NCBI GenBank assembly: GCA_951406725.2
Contig: OX597818.1
Coordinates: 120,218,001 to 120,282,000 of the forward strand
From: Octopus vulgaris
Taxonomy: Eukaryota
DNA length: 64,000 nt
Reading direction: 5' to 3'
The notes beneath the pieces were generated by a model. The model worked only from the letters and a program-made list of their open reading frames with translations. It was not told the origin of the DNA and searched no databases. The translations under genes were made by a program, and so were the position numbers. This document shows, one piece after another, positions 1 through 13,224 of this stretch (the stretch's first letter is position 1; every line of letters begins with the position of its first letter).

Positions 1-311
1 GACGGAAATTTATTAATACTGTAGTGTGCAAAGTACTGTGAAACAGGGTTGGCCAGTAAAGAATCTAATCTGGTGGCCGCGGGATTTTGAAGTTCCTGCT
101 CGTCAATTATTGCGGGTTATAAGAGGTTCTGGATCATCAGAGTCCGAAAAGAAGGTATTGAACTTGTATCAGCTACTTTCATTTTTATTTACATTTTTAA
201 AAAATATTGTATTAGCAGGTACAGATGTGTGGTAAGCAGCTTGTTTCTCAGTCACCCAGTCATTGCATGGCACCTTGGGCGAGTTTCTACTATCACAGCC
301 ATGGGTCGACC

Positions 312-828
<517 letters not shown>

Positions 829-1106
829 TCTTTATATACAAAAGTGAAGTTGTGTGAGTGTCTGTCTCCTACATTTTGCGGTGCAGTTTAACCAAAAGCG
901 GGAATCTTATAGTCGTGATTCATATCGAGTCCTTCTGGGTATTAGCGCGCGTCTACGATGAGTCTACGATAAAAAAATAATTTACCATCATTTTATTCCT
1001 ATTTTTAATGCATTTTTTTGCTATTATATAAGGGAAGTAACTCTCTAAAAATGCTTATATAGTTATTTCCCTTACAAACCCGAGCAACGCCGGGCGATAA
1101 TGCTAG
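829..1106 (+). mobile_element. Non-autonomous Helitron, copy 1
   Basis: Starts TC(TTTATATA), ends with the GC hairpin CCCGagcaacgcCGGG followed by CTAG, and sits between A and T in (TA)n. These are canonical Helitron termini. A homologous copy lies at 29687-30084. Confidence 0.8.
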
Positions 1107-1124
1107 TATATATATATATATATA

Positions 1125-1562
1125 TATTCTTTTATGTTTCAGCCTTGTTTCAGTTATTTGACCACGGTCATGATGGAGCATCGCCCTGAAGGGTTTTTAG
1201 TCGAACAAATCGACCCCAGGAATTTAATTTTAAATCCCAGTACTCACTCTATCGCTCTTTTTTGTTGAACCGCTAAGCTACGGGAACGTAAATACACTAA
1301 CACCGGTTGTTAAACGGTGATGGGGAGGGGAGAAACCGACACAAAGACACACACACACACACACACACACGCACAGATACACATACACACATACACACAC
1401 ACACACATATATGACGGGCTTCTTTCAGTTTCCGTCAACCAAATCCACTCACAAGGCTTTGGTTGACCCGAGGCTGCAGTAGAAGAGACTCACCCAAGGT
1501 GCCGCGCGGTTGAACTAAACCTGGATCTCTGTGGTTGGAAACCAAGCTTCTTCCCACAGCCG
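1125..1562 (-). mobile_element. SINE family A (tRNA-like head, CORE-like segment, internal microsatellite, 3' body), diverged copy
   Basis: Reverse complement of the element recurring throughout the window (GGTTCAGTCCCACTGCGTGGCACCTTGGGCAAGTGTCTTCTACTATAG ... GCTCCAGCATGGCCGCAGTCAAATGACTGAAAC). Confidence 0.85.
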
Positions 1563-1831
1563 TGTATGTATATGTGTGTGCTTATGTTTGTGTTGTGCCT
1601 GTCCCCCGCCAGCGTTGATTTGTGTTTGTCCCAACCAGTGTTGGTTTGTTTACGTCCCCATGAATTATTCGGCATGGGAGATCGACAGAATAGTACCAGG
1701 TATTAAATAAAATAAAAAAGTACTGGGTTTCAATTTGATCGACCTAAAATTCTTCAAGGCGTGCCTCAGCAAGGCCACAGTCTAATGACTGAAGCAAGTA
1801 AAAATTAAAAGGTATTAAGTGAGGAAATTTT

Positions 1832-2070
1832 ACGTGGCTGTATGGTAAGAAGCTTGCTTTCCGACCACAGGGTTCCGGGTTGGGTTCAGTCCCACTGCGT
1901 AGCACCTTCGCTAAGTCTCTTCTACTATGGCGCCGGGCCGACCAAAGCCTTGTGAAAGGATTTGGTAGACGGAAACTGAAACTGAAATGTATGTATGTAT
2001 GTATGTATGTATGTATGTATGTATGTATGTATGTATGTATGTATGTATGTATGTGTGCGTGCGTGCGTGT

Positions 2071-2130
<60 letters not shown>

Positions 2131-2320
2131 CCCCTCACCAACGCTTGACAAATGATGTTGGTATGTTTACGCTCCCGTAACTTAGCGGTTCGGCAAAAGA
2201 GACCGATAGAATAAGTACTAGGTTTCCAAAGAATAAGTCCTGGGGTCGGTTTGTTCGACTAAAGGTGGTGCTCCAGCATGGCCGCAGTCAAATGAGTGAA
2301 ACATGTAAACGAATAAAGAA
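1832..2320 (+). mobile_element. SINE family A, near full length
   Basis: A-box-like GTGGCTGTATGGTAAG, B-box-like GGTTCAGTCCC, internal (TATG)n(TG)n, conserved 3' body ending GAAAC...AAAGAAT. Confidence 0.9.
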
Positions 2321-2610
2321 TGTTGTGGGTTAATTGAAATTGGTTATTCCTCGAAGACTATGGTTGAGTTTCCATACATTTCGAACTTTACAAACAGATC
2401 ACAAGATAAAAGGCACTGAAATATCTGCTTCGCAAAGCATTCATGGAATTTTTAAACTTTTACTCAAAATTTCTAAAATTCTTTAGGAGAAATTTTTGAA
2501 GAATTATCTAGATTAATGATTTCTACACTGGCACCGCAAAAAAATGTCATTATCTTGAGACATTCAAATGCTTTGTGAGTGAAACTGGTTCACAGAAATT
2601 GCGCGAAAGC

Positions 2611-2842
2611 CGTCGAAGCTGGCAGAAACGTTAGCACGCCGGGCGAGATGCTTAGCGGTATTTCTTCTGCCGCTACGTTCTGAGTTCAAATTCCGCCGAG
2701 GTCGACTTTGCCTTTCATCCTTTCGGAGTCGATTAAATAAGTACCAGTTACGCACTGGGGTCGATGTAATCGACTTAATCCCTTTGTCTGTCCTTGTTTG
2801 TCTCCTCTATATTTAGCCCCTTGTGGGCAATAAATAAATATG
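2611..2842 (+). mobile_element. SINE family B (tRNA-like head plus GCCTTTCATCCTTTCGGGGTCGAT central domain)
   Basis: B-box GAGTTCAAATTCC followed by GAGGTCGACTTTGCCTTTCATCC..., repeated many times in the window. The central domain resembles conserved metazoan SINE superfamily domains, but which one cannot be fixed without an alignment. Confidence 0.85.
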
Positions 2843-3259
2843 AAATTGCGTGAAAGCCATTGCTTGACAACTAGTTTTGGTATGTTTACGCCCCTGTAAC
2901 TTAGCGGTTCAGTAAAAAATACCGATAGAATAAATACTAAGCTTCAAAATAACCCTAACCGTAATTACACCCTTCAAGGCGATGCTCCAACATGACCGCT
3001 GTCTAAGGACTGAAACAAGTGAAAGATAAGATTTCACTTCGAAACTGCAGAGAGTAAGGACCCTGACGAAACTGCACCGACCATGACACCAGGTTGCATA
3101 TCCAGCAGTGTGCAGCCGATTAGAGAAATTGAATTTCTCTAATTGAACTAACTGGATATAGAAACGGCTGTAGTGATAAGAATCTCATTATTTTGATTTG
3201 AATTTCTTTGAGTAAACTGATGTCTATACGTCAATATCTGCATTTTATTCTTTTCTCAT

Positions 3260-3402
<143 letters not shown>

Positions 3403-3677
3403 CACATATACATACACATATACATATATAGTTAATTCAATGAACAAGCAATTCAAAAAACAAAAAAAAGCGAAAAAAGAGGAGAAAGAAAGCGAAAAGA
3501 AGAAGAAAAACGAACGTGAGGGCGTGCACAAGAATTATATTAGTTTGACGGTCGGTGAAAGGAGAGAGATAATAATGTTTCGAGCATGGCTCTTCGTCGG
3601 AAAGGGGAAGAGGAAGAGTCCAAAGAAGAAAGAAAGTCGTCAACGGTCCACGTGTGGTTACATATGTGTATATGTCT

Positions 3678-3835
3678 TATTTCTTTATTGCCCACAAGGG
3701 GCTAAACATAGAGCGGACAAACAGGGACAGACAAAGGGATTAAGTCGATTACATCGACCCAAGTGTGCAACAGGTACTTAATTTATCGACCTCGAAAGGA
3801 TGAAAGGCAAAGTCGACCTCGGCAGAATTTGAACT
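3678..3835 (-). mobile_element. SINE family B, 5'-truncated
   Basis: Matches the reverse complement of 2680-2840. Confidence 0.85.
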
Positions 3836-3917
3836 TACTATAGTAACTGGCACAGGGCCAGTTACTATAGTATAAATATTCAAACATTGTCACCATCTTT
3901 CCAAATCTTGCTGAATT

Positions 3918-4430
3918 TCACATGGAATTTTTGGTCTTCCAAAGTCGTCTTGGTGTATAAGTCGACCTCTCTCTCTCTCTCTTAGATAAACGACTAGATA
4001 AAATTGTCTTGCAAATTTTAGAGTTAATTCCATTTACAAAACTATTGTTAAAGTACCATACCAACTCATAAAAAAGTTCTTGATTGATATGGGAATTAAT
4101 ATTAAAAACTCGTTTTACTATTGCAGCAGACACAGTTCCAAACCAACTGCGGCGTTAATAATTCTCTTCACACATTAATGAAATTAGATAATCCAAATTG
4201 ATTCTCATAAAATGCATTTATCGTTCTCTCTCCCCATTTAGCATTTTCCCATGTCGCTGAAGAATTATCTTCGAACATTGACTCTGAGTTACAAATGTTT
4301 CCACAAATCAGCGCTGGGAAGGCAATCTGATGTGAAAGTATGTAAACTGATCGATGTTGTTGATGAATCATTGAAAACTATTTCTCTTTCAGTCAAAAGG
4401 TGATTGGAGAAAAGTTACAAAAATCCTTAG
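3918..4430 (-). pseudogene. Possible decayed DNA transposase fragment (hAT-like C-terminus?)
   Basis: Two adjacent minus-strand ORFs with protein-like composition. VSAAIVKRVFNI loosely resembles the hAT dimerisation motif SxAxxERxFS. Weak. Confidence 0.3.
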
Positions 4431-4456
4431 CCAGTGAGAAACCTTAAATTTGCGTT

Positions 4457-4794
4457 TTCAAAATGCATTTTCTTCTTGTAACAAGTATTACGAAAGGGTA
4501 TTTATCAGACGTGGCTGTTTGGTAAAAAGATTTTTCTCAATCCCATTGCTCTGGGTTCAGTCCCATTGCGTGGTACCTAGAGCAAGCGTCTTCTACCAGG
4601 GCCGATCCCAGGAATTTTTCTAAAGGAGGGAACAATTCAAAATGCTTTTTCTTCTTGTAACAAGTATTACGAAAGGGTATTTATCAGACGTGGCTGTTTG
4701 GTAAAAAGATTTTTCTCAATCCCATTGCGTGGTACCTAGAGCAAGCGTCTTCTACCAGGGCCGATCCCAGGAATTTTTCTAAAGGAGGGAACAA
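4457..4794. repeat. Local tandem duplication (179 bp + 159 bp)
   Basis: 4457-4635 is repeated at 4636-4794. The second copy lacks 20 nt between two TCCCATTGC direct repeats. Confidence 0.92.
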
Positions 4795-4913
4795 AATCAG
4801 AAGAGAATACAATTCCAGGAGAAAAGGTGCGTAATACCATTATTTAGAAGGACGTACTTCTTTTCTTGAGGGGGCACGTAGCCCTCTGGCCTCCCTCCTT
4901 GGGTCCGCCCCTG
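4757..4913. mobile_element. Small MITE inserted in a SINE A head
   Basis: Imperfect TIRs CAGGGCCGATCCCAGGA ... TCCTTGGGTCCGCCCCTG. SINE A sequence resumes after it (CCTCGGGTCTACTAAAACCTTGTGAGTGG). Confidence 0.6.
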
Positions 4914-4989
4914 TTTAATTTAACCTCGGGTCTACTAAAACCTTGTGAGTGGATTTGATAAATGGAAACTGAAAGAAGTCCGTCGTATA

Positions 4990-5380
4990 TCTTTTATCTT
5001 TCACTTGTTTTAGTCTTTGGTCTGTGGCTACGATGAGGAATCGCCCCCAGTACTTATTATCCTTATTTTTAAAGCCACATGCTAATTCTATCGGTCTCAT
5101 TTGCTGAATCACTAAGTTACAGGGACATAAACACACCAACACCAGTTAAGAGGTGGTGGTGGTGGTGGTGATGGTGGTGGTGGCAACAAACACAGATGCA
5201 AAGAAACGCACAAGCACGCACACACACAAACACACATACACGCACGCACACACACACACACACCAACCCACACACATATGTACATACGACGGGCTTCTTT
5301 TAGATTCCGTCTACCTAATCCACTCACAAGGTTTTGGTCGGCCCGAGGTTATAAAAGAAGATACTTACCCAAGGTGCCAT
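4990..5380 (-). mobile_element. SINE family A, diverged
   Basis: Homology to the other copies, with an internal (CA)n tract. Confidence 0.8.
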
Positions 5381-6034
5381 GTAGTTAGGCGGCGAATTTA
5401 CTACACAGTCACGTCTGGGCCATGTGTGTGTGAGTGTGTGTGTGCATGTGTGCGTGTGTGTGTGTGTGTGTGCATGCGTGTGTGTGTGTGCATGTGTGTG
5501 TTCGCGCGCGCTTGTGTGTATACGTATACGTGTTTGCGTGCGTGTGTGTGTTTGTGCGTGTGTGTGTGTGTGTGAATGTGCGCGCGCGTGTGCGTGTGTG
5601 TGTTCATGCGCGCGCGTATGCATGTGCGTGTGTATATGTGTATATGTGCGTCTGTGTCTGTATGTGTGTATGTGTTTGTTTCCCCACCACTTGACAGCTG
5701 GTGTTGATTTGTTCGTGCCTCCGGAACCTAGCAGTTCAGCAGAAGAAATCGATAGAATACGTAGCAGACTTTAAAACAAGAGTACCGAGATCAATTTGTT
5801 CGACTAAACCTTTCAAGGCGGTACCCCCAGCATGGGGCTGCTGTCCAATGAGTGAAACAAGTAAAAGATAAAATCTATGTTGTGACACAATTAAGGAACA
5901 TTATGTCACGTTTATGAGATCGTGGTCGAGTGAATTTGAAAACGAAAAATTCATTTGCTGTTTCCTGAAGTATCCTCTATGTGTTATGTACTTCTTCGTT
6001 GGTTATGCTTACAAGAAATTTGCGTCCTCAGTAC

Positions 6035-6593
6035 GTGAGGGCCAGTCGATTAGATCGACCCCAGTACGCAACTGGTACTTAATTTATCGAACTCGAAAGG
6101 GTGAAAGGCAAAGTCGACCTTGGCGGAATGTGAACTCAGAACATAAAGACAGACGAAATACTGCTAAGCATTTCGTCCGGCGCGCTAACGATTCTTTTCT
6201 TCTCTAGGCACAAGGTCCGAAATTTGGGGGGAGGGAGCCAGTCGATTAGATCGACCCCAGTACGCAACTGGTACTTAATTTATCGACCCCGAAAGGATGA
6301 AAGGCAAAGTCGACCTCGGCGGAATTTGAACTCAGAACGTAAAGACAGACGAAATACCTATTTCTTTACTACCCACAAGGGGCTAAACACAGAGAGGACA
6401 AACAAGGACAGACAAACGGATTAAGTCGATTATATCGACCCCAGTGCATAACAGGTACTTATTTAATCGACCCCGAAAGGATGAAAGGCAAAGTCGACCT
6501 CGGCGGAATTTGAACTCAGAACGTAACGGCAGACAAAATACCGCAAAGCAGTTCGCCCGGCGTGCTTAACGTTTCTGCCAGCTCGCCGCCTTA
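6035..6593 (-). mobile_element. SINE family B, three tandem/overlapping modules
   Basis: GAAAGGATGAAAGGCAAAGTCGACCTCGGCGGAATTTGAACTCAGAAC occurs three times (~6096, 6291, 6475). The 5' end AAGGCGGCGAGCTGGCAG is at ~6593. Confidence 0.9.
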
Positions 6594-7233
6594 AAATGAA
6601 TTTAGACATTGAATCATCGCACACCTCATGTGAAAAAAATGACTTTGAGTACACATCTTCTAACTTTTTAACCAGTAAAATTTTATCAGCTCAAATCTTC
6701 CAAGAACAAGGAAACGCTGTGTAAAAATGGAGGCTAAGCTTTCTTGAGACAGATATGCGAAGAACTTTTGCCCTGTGCATTTTGAAAAAGGGACCGATAG
6801 AACAAGTACTAAGTTTACAAAGAATAAGTCCTGGGGTCGATTTGCTCGACTAAAAGACGGTGCTCCAGCATGGCCACAGTCAAATGACTGAAACAAGTAA
6901 AAGAGTAAAAGAGAAAGGAGTATTAAAGATGTGTAATTTTATTCCTTTTATCGGTTTCATTTGTTAGACTACGTCTATGCTTGAGCGCAGCTTTATACAG
7001 AATATAGTCGATTAAATTGACACATGTAATTATTTTATCGATAGGCACTTGACTTGTTTTATTGACTTCCGAAGGATGAAAGCAAAATGGACCACGGTCT
7101 ACTTTAGCGTAATCAAATATCACAAGGCATTTTTCTCCAATGCTCTACTAATTCTCACCACCATTCATGTAGAGTTTGTTGTGTCGAAATTTAATTTCAG
7201 CTTCGTTCTTTTCCAATTCCTTTGTGGTTCGTG

Positions 7234-7612
7234 GCTCTCCGTCGGTTACGACGACGCGGGTTCCAGTTGATCCGATCAACGGAACAGCCTGCTCGTGAAA
7301 TTAACGTGCAAGTGGCTGAGCACTCCACAGACACGTGTACCCTTAACGTAGTTCTCGGTGAGATCCAGCGTGACACAGAGTGCGACAAAGCTGGCCCTTT
7401 GAAATACAGGTAGAACAGAAGCAAGAAGAAAGAGTGAGAGAAAGTTGTGGTGAACGAGTACAGCAGGGTTTATCTCCACCCACTGCCGGAGCCTCGTAGA
7501 ATTTTAGATGTTTTCGATCAATAAACACTCACAACACCCGGTCAGGGAATCGAAATCGCGATCCTTCGACCGCGATTCCGCTGCCCTAATCACTGGACCA
7601 TTGCGACTCCAC
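7234..7612 (-). mobile_element. SINE family C (tRNA-like head GTGGAGGCGCAATGGCCCAGTGGTTAGGGC) with 3' body type 1
   Basis: Head with A/B-box-like motifs, shared with 23874, 30505 and 45363. The 3' body is shared with 30315-30470. Confidence 0.85.
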
Positions 7613-7639
7613 CCTTTGTGGTTAATATTTCCTTCTACT

Positions 7640-8147
7640 ACGGGCATTTTGTGCTTTACATTCTGAGTTCAAATTCCTCCGGGGTCGGCTTTGCGTTTCA
7701 TCTTTTCGGGGTCGATAAAATAAGTACCAGTTAAGCACTGGGGGTCAATCTAATCAACTTATCTCCCTAAAATTGCTGGCCATGTGCTAAAACTCGAAAC
7801 CGATATTTCCTTCTACTAAGGCGGCAAGCAGGCAGAATCGTTAACACGCCGGGTAAAATGCTCAGCGGCATTTCGTCTGTCTTTATGTTCTGAGTTCAAG
7901 TTTGGCCGGGGTCGACTTTGACTTTCATACTTTCTGAGTCGATAAAATATGTACCAGTTGAGCACTGGGGTCGATGTAATGGTTTTAAGCCCTTCCCCGA
8001 TCTTGCTTGCCTTGTACCAATATTTGAAACCAATATTTCCTTCTACTACGGGCACGAGGTCTGAAATCTTGTGGAGAGGGGGTTAGTCAATGATACCGAT
8101 CCCTTTACTCAACTGGTACTTATTTTATTGACTCCGATAATGCCGCA

Positions 8148-8211
<64 letters not shown>

Positions 8212-8424
8212 GCTTCGAATTTTACCACAAGGGCAGTAATTTTGTAGGAGGGGATGAGTCGATTACATCGACCCGAGTGTTCAACTGGTATTAATTTTAT
8301 CGACCCCGAAAGGATGAAAGGCAAAGGTGACCTCGGCGGAATTTGAACTCAGAACGTGGTGACGGGCGAAATACCGCTAAGCATTTCGTCCAGATCCCTA
8401 ACGATTCTTCCAGCTCGCTGCCTT
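7640..8424. mobile_element. Cluster of SINE family B copies (two on +, one on -) around a (TAA)n tract
   Basis: Family B motifs at 7640-7805 (+), 7817-8145 (+) and 8208-8424 (-); (TAA)n at 8147-8210. Confidence 0.85.
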
Positions 8425-8465
8425 GATAACAACAACAACAACAACAATAATAATAGTAATAGTAA

Positions 8466-8880
8466 CGAGACGACCATATATCGTGATCATCCATAAAGAT
8501 GAAAAAGAAGCAAAGATAATAGATGTTGCAATACCAGGCGATCTGAGGGTGAAATGTAAGGAAACAGAAAAGATTGAGAAATACCAGCCACTGCGGGACG
8601 AGATAGAAAAGTTATGGGGCATGAGGAAAGTAATGGTGATACTGGTGGTAACTGGAGCAATAGGATCAGTTTCCAAGAGCTTTGAAAAACATATTAAGAA
8701 TACTGGAGCTGCTGTCAAGTTCGAAGGACCCAGAAGACGGCACTGTTGGGTACAGCTCGCACTCTAAGGATAGTATTGTCTCTTTGAGTCTCAGGAGAAG
8801 GCACTACTTGAAACCTTTGGTAATTTGTTATTGCCTGCTTTCAAGTAAACAACCGCAAATAGAACAGCGAGAATCAAAAC
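8466..8880 (+). pseudogene. 3' fragment of RLE-type non-LTR retrotransposon (R4/Dong-like restriction-like endonuclease)
   Basis: RRPYIVIIHKDEKEAKIIDVAIPGD...KETEKIEKYQPLRDEIEKLW...VVTGAIG fits the RPD...D..E.KY RLE pattern (PD altered to PY). Flanked by (TAA)/(CAA) repeats, and TAA repeats are the known Dong target. Confidence 0.85.
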
Positions 8881-8904
8881 AACAACAACAACAACAATAA
8901 TAAT

Positions 8905-9388
8905 AAATAAACCGGATATCAAAGATCAAACAAAAAAGGTGTGTTTATTAATTGACATGAGTATTCCTTGCGATCACAATATAGCAGCGAAAGAATTTGA
9001 CAAGATCAGTAAATATAAAGAATTGCTAATAGAAATTGAAAAAATGAGGCATCACAAGGCAACTACAGTACCAGTGATTGTAGGATCTCTAGGAATGATA
9101 AAAAAAAGGTACTGAAACCTATTTGAAAATAATACCAGGCTTGCTTACTATCCCTAGAGGAAGTGCAAAAAATCGTGTTAACTGGAACGACTCATGTACT
9201 GAGAAGAGCATTATCGCTGTGAAAACAGCATCCATTTATGAATTTATTTATTTATTATTTTTTTAAAATACATATTTTGTCTGTGAATTTGCGTGTGAAA
9301 TCTGGGAATGCATACAATGAGCTTCTCTGCCCTAGGTACACGGAAAATACTCGGCGAGAAACGGAAGAAAATTTGAAGAAAGAAGGAA

Positions 9389-9390
<2 letters not shown>
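8905..9390 (+). pseudogene. Second, distinct R4/Dong-like RLE 3' fragment with 3' UTR
   Basis: Manual translation NKPDI..KVCLLIDMSIPCDHNIAAKEFDKISKYKELLIEIEK..VPVIVGSLGMIKK..VQKIVLTGTTHVLRRAL with frameshifts, followed by (TAA)n. Confidence 0.82.
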
Positions 9391-9461
<71 letters not shown>

Positions 9462-9464
<3 letters not shown>

Positions 9465-10020
9465 GCCCTGATGTAGTACCAGGCAGTGGCTCTCATGGCT
9501 TCTCATCTTAACTGATTGGAAATGTTATCATGTACATTGTTTTGTCTTGGTATAAAAGATGGGCTACAGCAAATATTCTGCTCAGTGCCACAGATTTGCT
9601 TGTCAGTTGTTTGACCTTAACCAGTTGAGCATGTCCCTTAGTGGCTGACGATATGTGCATCTCTGATCACGAGCAGAAGTAGTGGGGGAGCATCATAGCC
9701 ATGTGTTGAGAGGGATTCTTTGGGGTTTGAATAGTTCACCTCTGGAAACATGGGTGGCTCTTTCAACATCCTTAAACAACCCTTATTCAGGGACCGTTTG
9801 AGCGGGATGGGCTACTCAACCTGAAGAAAATTCTAACTGGGCCCCACCTGCAAGGTCATGTGCTGTTTATCTTGATATGAGATCACCATGTCGCGCACAT
9901 ATGGTTGTGATGCATGTGCCTGGTGTACCTTTATCAGACGGGTAGTCATGATGGGTATATTGGGCTTCGTATATTTTACCCCAGTGTCACTTTGATGGCA
10001 TGAACTGCTCTCTCACTCAA
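9462..10020. mobile_element. ~560-bp non-coding repeat inserted in (TAA)n, copy 1
   Basis: Flanked on both sides by (TAA)n; a diverged, truncated homologue lies at 10190-10680. Confidence 0.8.
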
Positions 10021-10047
10021 TAATAATAATAATAATAATAATAATGA

Positions 10048-10099
<52 letters not shown>

Positions 10100-10112
10100 C
10101 ATAATAATAATG

Positions 10113-10176
<64 letters not shown>

Positions 10177-10189
10177 GCTCAATACCACA

Positions 10190-10680
10190 ATTCTACTCAA
10201 TACTTCAAGGTATAAAAGATGGGCTACAGCTAATATTCTGCCCAATACCACAGATTTGCTTGTCAGTTATTTGACATTAACCAGTCGAGTCTGTCTTTTG
10301 GTGGCTGACAATATACGCATCTCTGATTACGAGCAGAAATAGTGGGGGAGTATCATAGCCATGTGTTGAGAGGGATTCTTTGGGGTTTGGATAATTCACC
10401 TTTGGAAACATGGGTGTTTTGTTCATCCTTAAACAACCCTTATTCAGAGACATTTTGAGTGTGATGGGCTATTCGACCTAAAGAAAATTCTAACTGGGAC
10501 CCACCTGCAAGGTCATTTGCTGTTTATCTTGATATGAGATCACCATGTCACGCACATATAGTTGTGGTGCATGTGCCTGGTGTACCCTTATCAGATGGGT
10601 AGTCATGATGGGTATATTGGGCTTCGTATATTTGTACCCCAGTGTCACTTCGATGACATGCACTGCTCTCTCACTCAATA
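10190..10680. mobile_element. Same (TAA)n-associated repeat, copy 2 (truncated)
   Basis: Colinear with 9549-10020 (GGTATAAAAGATGGGCTACAGC ... CTGCTCTCTCACTCAATAAT). Confidence 0.8.
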
Positions 10681-12249
10681 ATAATAATAATATGGTGGTG
10701 GTGGTGGTGGTGGTGGTTGTCATGACGGTGATCACGATGATGATAATGATGACGATGATGATGGTTGATAATGTTGAAATTGCCAGTGAAACAGCAAATA
10801 AAAAAAATACTAGTCTGGATCGTTGATAATATCTACTTTATTCCTTCGTGTTTCTGTGTTAAAAACCCATACGCTGCGACTTAAACATTTGGCTTCGTTC
10901 GTTCTTCTTTATTTAATTTATACACATAAATATATATATATATTTTTTTTTATATCAAAATTGCTCTCCTTCATCCCATCCTGTTCCCGCCCCATCAATC
11001 CGACCGGAGGTCGATAAAAATAAAACAAAATAAAATGAAATAAAATAAAGCATCAGTAAGATTCAGAGAGATGGAATCAATTGATTGCACAAATATTGGC
11101 AGTATGCCGAAGAAAGAAATCATTACAACTATAAGTAGAAATTCCACCGGCATATGGATAATATATATGTTAGAAACCATTATTTCTTATCGGCTCCTTA
11201 AATCGCCAGCACTGGTAAACAAATTATTGAAGGGAAGGCTGGTTAATGCTTTAAAACTCAGCCAGTTATCAGAGTACTGGTCGAACTTACTATTCATTGT
11301 GCTAATCTCATCTCATCTCAAAAATCAATCTACGATTAGATTAATCTTGCAAATGCACTCAGGAATTTTAAGACGGTGCATTTTCATCTTTTGGCAGGTC
11401 ACGAAACTAATCTTGATTCAAACTGCTTGATGGCGAGGTATTGAATGATGTATTGAATGCGAAAGGAAAAAGAAAATTTGTTAATAAATTGAAATCTCCT
11501 TACTGGTTGAAGAAAGGAAAACGAAAGCCTAACGGCAATTATTAAAGACTCTAAAAAGAAATGGGAGGTAATTTAAAGATATTAAGAAACTTTACGGAAA
11601 ATTATGATCATATTTCGAGGGGAAAAAATCTAACCTTTGTTAGTAAACGCAATGGAAGCTACGAACACGTTTCCACTTATATTTCATCAGCAGAGCATAA
11701 TAAAACCAAGGTTACTAAATCAATTAGTTTAGATGTTACGAACAATTATGGTCAGTAGTAATTTGCGTAATGATAAAAAAAAAAAAGAAAAAAAGAGAAA
11801 TCTAACTAAGGGAAATTATTCATGGGATCCAATGGTATGAATTTATGTAAAACAGATAGAATATGATATTCTGAATGGCGTAGGTAAAAAAGTTCTCAAT
11901 TAATTAAATTTTGCCTCTTAGTTGAAGAATGAAAACGAAAACCTTAACGGCGTTTGTGGGTGAAGAATGAGATAATTTCAAGATTATTACGAATTAAATT
12001 ATACAGAAAATTGATAACCATCAGGCTTAGGGAAACATAGACATCTAGTACTGGTGTTTTAAGGCGGTGAGCTGGCCGAATCGTTAGCACGCCAGGCGCA
12101 ATAAAATGGGCTTGCGGAGGTGATTGTGCCCACGGGCGGAGTTTTCCCCCAACGTTGCTTTAAAAACTTGGTTGGACAACACGAAATTGACAACTCATTT
12201 TCAAGAATTAAAAAACTACAATAAAAGATAATATACAACAGCCCGTTGT

Positions 12250-12323
<74 letters not shown>

Positions 12324-12374
12324 ACAACGGACTGTTGTATATTATCTTTTATTGTAGTATATATATATATATAG

Positions 12375-12430
<56 letters not shown>

Positions 12431-13224
12431 TTGTGTGTCTGTGTTTGTCCCCCCAACATCGCTTGATAACAGATTGTGGTGTGTTTACGTCCCCGAAACT
12501 TAGCGGTTCGGCAAAAAAGAGACCGATAGAATAAATACTAGGCTTCTAAAGAATAAGTTCTTGGGTCGACTTGCTCGACTAAAAGGCGGTGCTCCAGCAT
12601 GGTCGCAGTCAAATGACTGAAACGAATAAAAGAGTAAAAGAGTATACTTGCGGAACACTGCGATTTAGAAATTACCAACTTTCTAAATCTTGCAAAAATT
12701 TTGTACACAAAATTCGGATGGAAAGTGAAACCTCTAGCTAGAATACCACAATCCATCCAACGGGTTCAAAACATCATCGATGATGATCCTGGAAAAGCAA
12801 CGTGGGCCATCGCAAATGAACTTCAGGTATTGATAGAACTATCAGAACTGTGATGCATGAGGACTTGCGATAAAGTCATATGTACTGCAGAGAAGCCGAT
12901 TCATATCTGAAAACACACAAGAATACCGTAAGATGAGTGTAAAATCTCTCTCGAGCAGATTTGGTTCTTTGATTAGGAAAACTTCAACGATACTCAGAAG
13001 ATCAAAACAGGAGAAATGACAGATAGTTCCCAGCAGCTGTGATGGTTTTAGGAGTGGAGAGTAACGGTGGTGTCATGCTACCAAATATCTTTTCACGGGG
13101 CCTCAGGATTTAGCTGTTGCTCACATTGAATTAAGCTGCTTAATGTTATGTTAATGTTATGTTAATGATATGTTAAGGTGCTGAAGACAGTTGTTAAACC
13201 CTGGGTGGATGAAGTATCTTTGTG

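Noticed and set aside
11455-12020. Degenerate ~420-bp-period direct repeat
   Set aside because: Only patchy similarity and no identifiable structure; likely an old local duplication.
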